A DNA stretch of 64,000 bases, from NCBI GenBank assembly GCA_964348415.1, contig CAYGCR010000004.1, positions 21,651-85,650 of the forward strand, read 5' to 3'. Origin of the DNA: an uncultured Ignavibacteria bacterium. Its GTDB lineage: Bacteria; Zixibacteria; MSB-5A5; SM1-73. Shown here piece after piece: positions 57,804 to 64,000 of this stretch. A model generated the notes under the pieces. It was not told where the DNA came from. It did not search any database and worked only from the letters and a program-made list of their open reading frames with translations. Position numbers and translations under genes: made by a program. Every line of letters starts with the position of its first letter. Position 1 is the first letter of the stretch.

Positions 57804-58163
57804 AGAATCACCTCCTTTCCGTTATAGAAAAAAGCCACGAAAGTCTCATCAAAATAAGCTTTCGTGGCTGCATAACTTCGAGCTAACAAAAACCTATCTT
57901 AACTTTCCTCTCTGTACTTCGGTATCTATACGCACCATTCTTGTTATTTAAGAAGATTTTCACATAATTATGTCATCGGTTTTGAAACCGTGGACACCTC
58001 TCTTGGGCGTTTTTGCGGGTGTTACCTCGTAGCCGGATGTGCCTTGCACCTAACGCAGGACCGGCCATGTCAAGAGAAAAGGAACCGTCAAGCCTACAAG
58101 TCGTATACAGGAATAGCATGTCTTTATTTTGCGGCATGTACCATATTTCGGGAGTCAGCAGTT

Positions 58164-58934
58164 ATGGTAGAGCTTACACCTACCAAAGCAAACATAGTCA
58201 GACTAGCCAGAGCGTTTAAAGGAAATAAACGGGTTGACCTCTCTATCGATTGTGCGATTGAAGGGCAGATGGGCAAAGCATACGCGGATGATCCGAGAGC
58301 CCCGAAGGCGTTTAAGATACAGGTGGGACCCTTCTTGTATCTGGCAGGGGATGCGAGAAGTCCGGGTGGATATGAGATGATGAGAGAACTCCGGCCTTAT
58401 ACCCTGCTCATGCCGTCGCCTGTTGAATGGATCAATGTGGCAAAAGAGATTCACGGCGAAAGGCTGGTCCCGTTTTTGCGCTATAGTTTCTCGTCAAAGA
58501 ATTTATCGGCTGACCGTCTAAGCGGTTTGCTGGATAGTTCACCATTCAAGGATGCGATAAAGCGCATTGATACGGCCGCTGCCACGGAGGCGCTCGCAGT
58601 GCAGGATGGTGTCTTAGACCTTTCCGCTTTCGATTCGGCGGAAGATTTCCTGGAGCGAGGGATAGGCTTCCGTGTGATGAGCAGCGAGACCATAATGGGG
58701 GTGGCTTATTCCTCGCTGGTTTGCAGCAAAGGCATCGAGGTCAGCATCTTCGTGTTCCCGGAGCATCGAAGAAAAGGAATAGCTACGGCCTTAGCAAGCG
58801 CCTTGTTGAAGTGGGGTCTGGAGCACGGCATGGATCCTCACTGGGATGCAGCCAACCCGGAATCGTGCACCTTAGCCGAGAAGCTGGGGTACGTTCAGAC
58901 AGAAACGTATGACGCTTATTACCTGAGACAATAA
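58164..58934 (+). CDS. GNAT-family acetyltransferase-like protein.
   Basis: The C-terminal GNAT motif ..FVFPEHRRKGIATALASALLKWGLEHG.. is present. The ORF is open from 57990, and the ATG at 58164 has an RBS-like GGGAG. Confidence 0.55.
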   Translation: MVELTPTKANIVRLARAFKGNKRVDLSIDCAIEGQMGKAYADDPRAPKAFKIQVGPFLYLAGDARSPGGYEMMRELRPYTLLMPSPVEWINVAKEIHGERLVPFLRYSFSSKNLSADRLSGLLDSSPFKDAIKRIDTAAATEALAVQDGVLDLSAFDSAEDFLERGIGFRVMSSETIMGVAYSSLVCSKGIEVSIFVFPEHRRKGIATALASALLKWGLEHGMDPHWDAANPESCTLAEKLGYVQTETYDAYYLRQ

Positions 58935-58999
58935 CATTGCCCAGCCTTGATCACTTCAGGCGGCATTCATCCTGCGTAGTCCTTTGAGAAAGGAAAGCT

Positions 59000-59281
59000 A
59001 TGTTACCGGAAAAACAAAAAAAGGCATTTGCCGATTTCTATGATTCGGCCCGGCATAATGACATACTGGAGCCGAAGACAACGCTTTTGATCCACCTGGC
59101 TACGTCCATGGCGGTTAACTGTCATCCCTGAATGGCGAGTTACTTTGGCGTGGCCAAAGAACAGGGGATAACCGACGACGAAATCGGTGCTGTGCAGTCT
59201 ATAGTAATGGCCGTTTCTGCAGGCAGAGTTCAGGCTCAGTTTCGCGAAGCTCGAGTCGCAAGCAGAAAGCAGAACAAGTAA
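59000..59281 (+). CDS. AhpD-like / carboxymuconolactone-decarboxylase-family protein. It is a candidate selenoprotein with an in-frame TGA (59129..59131) in a C-x-x-U motif.
   Basis: An RBS (AAAGGAAAG) precedes the ATG at 59000. The translation ..TLLIHLATSMAVNCHP[TGA]MASYFGVAKEQGITDDEIGAVQSIVMAVSAG.. matches the CMD/AhpD core (LxxLxSxxNGCxYCxxxH..A...G..deel) on both sides of the TGA. The TGA sits at the position of the second Cys of CxxC. A 7-bp-stem hairpin ctttggc-gtg-gccaaag starts 11 nt downstream of the TGA. Confidence 0.55.
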
Positions 59282-59539
59282 AACACAGCGCTCAAATAAT
59301 TTGTACTCAACACTGCGGCTCTTCACACAGAGTCGACCGCAGACCGTCGGCACATCGTTTCATGATCTACCAGATCTCGAGTGCTCAGGCGGGTGTGATC
59401 TGATGCCTGATCATGGGACCGAGTACTACTTGAACTCTCACGTTCTCCAAACGGAACTATTCACGTCGGCAACAAGTATAACCATATAAGGTTCTAGTAC
59501 CATGTCACTAGTGCTATTAAATGCTCACGGAGGGGAAAC

Positions 59540-61279
59540 ATGAAAGCAATACTGTTGTCGGCTCTTGCCGCTATTTTGCCGCTCGCAGTCTCTATCTTCG
59601 CTGCCGAGATACACGATGCAGCAGAGCAAGGCGATCTTGCCGCAGTGAAGAGGCTGGTGTCAGAGAGTCCTGATCTGCTGGATGCCAGCAATGAGAGAGG
59701 GAGTACGCCGCTGCACAACGCATCATTCGGGGGCCATCTGGAGGTCGTCAAGTTCCTGCTGGAAAAAGGAGCGGACATCGAAGCCGTCAATGGCAGAGGT
59801 TTCACGCCGCTACACTTTGCAGCTTATAGAGGCCACCGGGACGTTGTACAGCTCCTGCTCGACAAGGGCGGGAATATTAACGCAATGAATGAACAGATGG
59901 ACATGACCGCTCTTGATTTCGCTTTCCTCAAGGAAATCCAGGCACGTAAGCTGGATATCGCCCCCTTGCTGATTGAGAAGGGAGCAGAGTTCGAAGTAAA
60001 CAAGAAGAACCAGTTCGGGTACACCACCCTGGATATGACCATAGTGTTCGGGCATACCGAGGGAGCCGAGTACTTGCTGGGATTTGGACCGGATATAAGC
60101 AGTATGAGAGAGAAGGACGGGAAGACTCCCCTGATCAATGCCATACTCCGTGGCCGCCCGGAAATCGCCATGCTGCTGATAAAAAAAGACGCTGATGTCA
60201 ATGCGCCGGATAACGAGGGACAACCTCCGGTCTATTGGGCAGTGAAGAAAGGTCTTCCTGATATCCTTCAGACTCTCCTGGCCAAAGGCGCAAACACAGA
60301 TTTTGTGGATAAAGACAACGGAAGAACCATGCTTCATATAGCTGCTCTGCAAGGTCACCTGGGTGTGATGGAAATACTGTTGGATAGCAAAACGGATGTC
60401 AATACAAAAGACAACGGTGGCAAGACCCCGCTCTTTTATGCGGGCAAGTACGGTCACAAGATGGTTGCTGAGCTTCTGGCCAAACACGGCGCCAAGAAAA
60501 CCGGAGACGTGGTGGAAAACTATGGTAAGTCGCCTCATCTGACACGCAACTTCAAGGACCGCGAGGCGGTTGTCTGGTATCTGGCTCACCGGGGTTGGGC
60601 GGTCAAGACAGCGAACCATGTGCTCATATTCGATGCCGAGGAATTCGGAGTGACGCGGCCGACCGAACCATCGCTTGCCAACGGCTTCCTAACGACCCAT
60701 GAACTGGCTGATCAGGACATCTTTGCCATCTACACGTGCTATCACGGGGAACCGGGCGAACCTGCGTATGTCCACACAATAGAGGACTCAATTGCCAGCA
60801 TCACCTACGTTCACAATGAGGGTGATCGCTGGAGAGGATCAGAGGGGACCGTCTACATGAAGCCGAGAGAGGAGAAGAAGCTTGACGATATGAGGATTGT
60901 CTCGGCATTGACACCGGGAAACATGCCAATGATGGCATATCTATGCGATCTGGATGGATTGACCATCTTCTATTCGGGCTTCCGGCCGCGGGACATCGAG
61001 AAATACAAAGAGGAGATCGATTTCCTTACCCAATACACCACCAAAGTAGATCTTGCCTTCCTCCCCATAGCCGAAGCCGACGCGGAGGATAGTGCATCAA
61101 TATATCTCTGCGAGAAACTCCACCCCAGGTACGTTTTTCCGCTGGATCCCGATCGCCGCGAACATCTTTACCCTGATGTGGCCAAAATGACTGCGGAGAA
61201 AGGCTTCAAGACCGAAGTCTTGTGCGCCGAAAATCCAGGCGATCACTTCATCATCATGCCGGGCTCCAAAACAAGGTAA
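59540..61279 (+). CDS. Secreted ankyrin-repeat protein with a C-terminal MBL-fold-like (Lactamase_B_3-type) domain.
   Basis: It has a signal peptide and at least seven ANK repeats (..GSTPLHNASFGGHLEVVKFLLEKGADI.., ..GFTPLHFAAYRGHRDVV..). The C-terminal approximately 250 aa form a globular domain. Confidence 0.7.
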   Translation: MKAILLSALAAILPLAVSIFAAEIHDAAEQGDLAAVKRLVSESPDLLDASNERGSTPLHNASFGGHLEVVKFLLEKGADIEAVNGRGFTPLHFAAYRGHRDVVQLLLDKGGNINAMNEQMDMTALDFAFLKEIQARKLDIAPLLIEKGAEFEVNKKNQFGYTTLDMTIVFGHTEGAEYLLGFGPDISSMREKDGKTPLINAILRGRPEIAMLLIKKDADVNAPDNEGQPPVYWAVKKGLPDILQTLLAKGANTDFVDKDNGRTMLHIAALQGHLGVMEILLDSKTDVNTKDNGGKTPLFYAGKYGHKMVAELLAKHGAKKTGDVVENYGKSPHLTRNFKDREAVVWYLAHRGWAVKTANHVLIFDAEEFGVTRPTEPSLANGFLTTHELADQDIFAIYTCYHGEPGEPAYVHTIEDSIASITYVHNEGDRWRGSEGTVYMKPREEKKLDDMRIVSALTPGNMPMMAYLCDLDGLTIFYSGFRPRDIEKYKEEIDFLTQYTTKVDLAFLPIAEADAEDSASIYLCEKLHPRYVFPLDPDRREHLYPDVAKMTAEKGFKTEVLCAENPGDHFIIMPGSKTR

Positions 61280-61332
61280 CCGATCCCATGCCCCCGATGT
61301 GACGTCCCGCAGATAAAACATTGACATGCTCT

Positions 61333-61421
61333 AAGTTGTAGCCGCAATCTTCAGATTGCGTAAACGTAGGGAATTCGGCAGAGAATCATCGCAGGCTAAA
61401 GCCTGCGGCTACAAAAACCCC
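61333..61421 (+). ncRNA. Second copy of the conserved structured element seen at 55268-55358. It lies upstream of a secreted-protein gene.
   Basis: See the 55268 copy. The same nested inverted repeats are present, with sequence changes that keep the hairpins. Confidence 0.4.
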
Positions 61422-61633
61422 TTTTTTCCTTTCTGCCAGGTCTTGTCCAGTTAGGGGGCTGGCGGATTTGGGATTCTCGACACGCTATGGTTGCGTGTTC
61501 CGCGCAACATTCGATACTACCTCCACTACGTACTTCCGCGAAGGGAACATTCCAAGTGATGGCACGTACACTTGGGTAGCGTTTCGCTATCTGGTAACCC
61601 GAACCTTCTGGATTCATGGTTAAGGAGGACGAG

Positions 61634-63508
61634 ATGAACCCAAACATCCTGAAGCTAACGGCAGTGTTTTTTCTCTGCCCTTTGCTGTTTATGGCAAGTG
61701 CAGTGGCCCAAGAAGATATCATCGACTTCGAGTCTGATCGTTGGGATGCGACGAATGCGGAGATAGTTCAGCATATGGAAAGAAAGTGTCTTATCGGAAA
61801 CGCCTTCTTAAGGGACGTAGAATTCGAGAACGGCGTCATTGAGGTGGATATTGCGTTTGCAGCGCGTTCACGCTCTTATCCAGGGATCGTATTCCGAATG
61901 GAGTCAGAGGGGAATTATGAGAGGTTTTATATCCGTCCGCACAGATCGCCCTATTACTCCGATGCACTCCAGTATACGCCTGGGTTCAACGGCATCGACG
62001 GCTGGCAGCTGTATAACGGCGAAGGATACACTGCCGCGGCAGATATCCTCCCCGACCAGTGGATTCACCTGACGATGGAAATCTCCGGCAAGCAGGCCAG
62101 GGTTTTCCTGGATGATGCCCCCCAGCCTGCTCTGGCGATAACTGATCTCAAGCGCGGTGTGAGCAAAGGGACCATTGGTCTGATGGGGCCAAGGGACAAG
62201 ACGGCCTACTTTTCGAATTTCAAATATAAAATCGATAACCAGCTGCAATTCGATCCTCCTCCCGAGATTGAAACGCCCCTGGGCATGATCACCGAATGGG
62301 AATTGTCTCAGCCCTACGACTTTACCACGATCGACTTGGAGCGTACGCCGGAGCAGCAAGGCATAACGGACATCACCTGGCAGAAGGTGAAAAGCGATCC
62401 CACCGGTCTGGTAGACATATCGCGCTACACCGGAAGGACCAGCCGAATCGGCGACTGTGTATTTGCGAGAACCACGATTCAATCAGACCGGGATACAGTT
62501 CTGAATCTGAAATTCGGATACAGTGACGCGGTATTCGTATTTATAAACGGCGATCTGATATTCTTCGGCAACAGCGCATACCAGCACAGGGATCCATCTT
62601 TCCTGGGCATCATCGGACTGAATGACGCCGTCTACTTACCATTGAAAAAGGGCGAAAACGAGCTGCTCTTATTGGTTGCGGAGTCATTTGGAGGCTGGGG
62701 ATTCATCTGCCAGGACGGCAATGCCTTCTTCCAGCACGAAAGCCTGACCAAATCATGGGAATTGCCCCGCAAGTTCAGATTTCCGGAATCCGTAGTCTAC
62801 GACAGAAGACGGGGTCTGCTGTACGTCTCCAACTACTTCCTACCAGGGAGAGGATTCATATCAAAGGTCAATCCGAACGGTGAAGTGAAGGAGCTCGAAT
62901 GGATCACCGGTCTGAACCGTCCGGCAGGTTTGTGGATATTCAAAGATAAGCTGTACGCGGTCGACAGAGCCGACCTGATTGAGATAAACGTAGACTCCGA
63001 TTCGATAGAAAACAAATACCCGGTGCCAGGCGCGATGTTCATCAATGACGTTGCTTTTGACTCCGAAGGAAACGCCTACATCACCGATTCCCGGGCCAGT
63101 GCCATTTACAAGTTCACCAACGGCGAATTCGAGGTCTGGCTGCAAGGCAACGAAATCAACGATCCAAACGGATTGCTGGTTGACAGGAACAAGCTGGTCG
63201 TGGGGAACTCCGGCGACGGGTGTTTGAAGGCCGTCGATCTCGAGGACAAGAAGGTCAGCACCATAGTCTGCCTGGGCAAAGGATCCATTATGGACGGAGT
63301 GAGACCGGACGGAAAGGGTAACTACATCGTTTCGGACTTCAATGGGAGAGTTTTCCTTGTTACGCCGTCCGGAAAGAAAACAGAACTTCTTAATACGAAA
63401 ACCCCTCAGCTGTTTTGCGCTGATTTGGAATACATCCCGGAACAGAAGCTGCTGGTTATCCCCACGTTGTACGACAACAGGATTATGACATATAGGTTCA
63501 ACAGGTAG
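61634..63508 (+). CDS. Secreted protein with an N-terminal DUF1080 (concanavalin-like lectin/glucanase fold) domain and a C-terminal NHL/SMP-30-like beta-propeller.
   Basis: A perfect RBS (AAGGAGG) and a signal peptide are present. The N-terminal domain has a DUF1080-like pattern (..GVIEVDIAF..GIVFRMESEGNYERFYIRP..). The C-terminus has repeated beta-propeller blades (..NAYITDSRASAIYKF.., ..NYIVSDFNGRVFLV..). Confidence 0.55.
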   Translation: MNPNILKLTAVFFLCPLLFMASAVAQEDIIDFESDRWDATNAEIVQHMERKCLIGNAFLRDVEFENGVIEVDIAFAARSRSYPGIVFRMESEGNYERFYIRPHRSPYYSDALQYTPGFNGIDGWQLYNGEGYTAAADILPDQWIHLTMEISGKQARVFLDDAPQPALAITDLKRGVSKGTIGLMGPRDKTAYFSNFKYKIDNQLQFDPPPEIETPLGMITEWELSQPYDFTTIDLERTPEQQGITDITWQKVKSDPTGLVDISRYTGRTSRIGDCVFARTTIQSDRDTVLNLKFGYSDAVFVFINGDLIFFGNSAYQHRDPSFLGIIGLNDAVYLPLKKGENELLLLVAESFGGWGFICQDGNAFFQHESLTKSWELPRKFRFPESVVYDRRRGLLYVSNYFLPGRGFISKVNPNGEVKELEWITGLNRPAGLWIFKDKLYAVDRADLIEINVDSDSIENKYPVPGAMFINDVAFDSEGNAYITDSRASAIYKFTNGEFEVWLQGNEINDPNGLLVDRNKLVVGNSGDGCLKAVDLEDKKVSTIVCLGKGSIMDGVRPDGKGNYIVSDFNGRVFLVTPSGKKTELLNTKTPQLFCADLEYIPEQKLLVIPTLYDNRIMTYRFNR

Positions 63509-63575
63509 CAGGGATCGTTGTCGGCGTGCGCCGAGGTCGGTTGAGACGTCAGGTTGAAGAAGGGGAGACATAAGC

Positions 63576-64000
63576 TTGCCCATAGATTCTTCAGAAGTAA
63601 ATAAGATTATTGATGATCGCGACGAGAAGCAGCCCTTCTCCGGGGTTGTCCTGGTTCAGGAAAAAGGGGAGACCGTTTTCGAAAAAGCCTGGGGCCTGGC
63701 CAACAGGGCCGAATCGATACCGAACACTTCGAAGACGAGATTTCAGGTGGCTTCGGGCTCCAAGATCTTCACCAGCGTGGCCATATGCCAACTGGTACAG
63801 AGAGGTTTGATTTCCTTCGATACGCCTCTTGAGCATTGTCTGGACATCTCATTTCCTGAATTCTCACCGGCGATCACCGTGCACCATTTGCTGACACACA
63901 GCTCCGGCATCACCTCTTATTTTGAGGAAGACGTTAATCCCGACTATGAGGCCCTATGGAAAGATCGACCCATGTATGAAATTCGCACGCCTGGAGACTT
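63576..64000 (+). CDS. Serine hydrolase of the beta-lactamase family. It is 3'-truncated by the window edge.
   Basis: A TTG start follows an RBS (AAGGGGAG). An S-x-x-K motif is present (VASGSKIFTS). The ORF continues to the window end. Confidence 0.55.
   Translation, partial: MPIDSSEVNKIIDDRDEKQPFSGVVLVQEKGETVFEKAWGLANRAESIPNTSKTRFQVASGSKIFTSVAICQLVQRGLISFDTPLEHCLDISFPEFSPAITVHHLLTHSSGITSYFEEDVNPDYEALWKDRPMYEIRTPGD

Noticed and set aside
59982-60619. Large antisense ORF (269 aa) within the ankyrin gene.
   Set aside because: Ankyrin repeats are unmistakable on the + strand. Antisense reading of repetitive sequence commonly yields long ORFs.

Overview
This is a 64 kb window of a roughly 50% GC genome that looks like a bacterial metagenome contig. 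Sigma-54 regulation, corrinoid methyltransferases, Fe-S redox modules, a c-type-heme sensor kinase, a candidate selenoprotein and T9SS-type C-terminal domains suggest an anaerobic Gram-negative organism. Taxonomy cannot be assigned from sequence alone. The window divides into seven regions:
(1) 1-6.7 kb: a truncated P5C dehydrogenase, a Met/Cys/His-rich periplasmic protein, a class-C-type serine hydrolase, a B12-binding radical SAM enzyme and a cold-shock protein.
(2) 6.8-15.9 kb: a Ser/Thr kinase with TPR repeats, then a minus-strand operon of TetR regulator, LolA-like protein, two FtsX permeases, an ABC ATPase and an outer-membrane protein.
(3) 17.4-26.7 kb: a redox and signalling island. 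It holds an Fe-S protein, a sensor histidine kinase with a periplasmic c-type-heme motif, a sigma-54 response regulator, a sigma-54 promoter, three tandem paralogous receiver proteins (one fused to a lipoyl-type domain) and a two-subunit FeS plus membrane (HybA/NrfD-like) module.
(4) 26.7-38 kb: a lower-GC accessory region full of REP-like hairpin repeats. It carries a segmentally duplicated isochorismatase gene, a DDAH-like gene, a 5'-truncated TolB-like gene, an APH-like phosphotransferase, RidA, and genes for a serine hydrolase, a methyltransferase and a GNAT protein.
(5) 36.9-43.5 kb: a protease cluster of a retropepsin-like protein with a PDZ domain, a C25-like protease with a T9SS C-terminal domain, an S41 peptidase, and a MarR-GNAT fusion regulator. 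The regulator's promoter and 5' end are duplicated at 4 kb.
(6) 43.7-48 kb: an MttB-family methyltransferase with a split MetH set of activation domain, corrinoid protein and homocysteine-binding methyltransferase.
(7) 48-64 kb: a TPR lipoprotein, TrmO, GNAT proteins, a DmpA-like peptidase, paralogous secreted proteases, and a second cold-shock protein. This region also holds a candidate AhpD-like selenoprotein with an in-frame TGA and a SECIS-like hairpin, an ankyrin protein, a DUF1080/beta-propeller protein and a partial serine hydrolase.
No rRNA, tRNA or CRISPR arrays were recognised.
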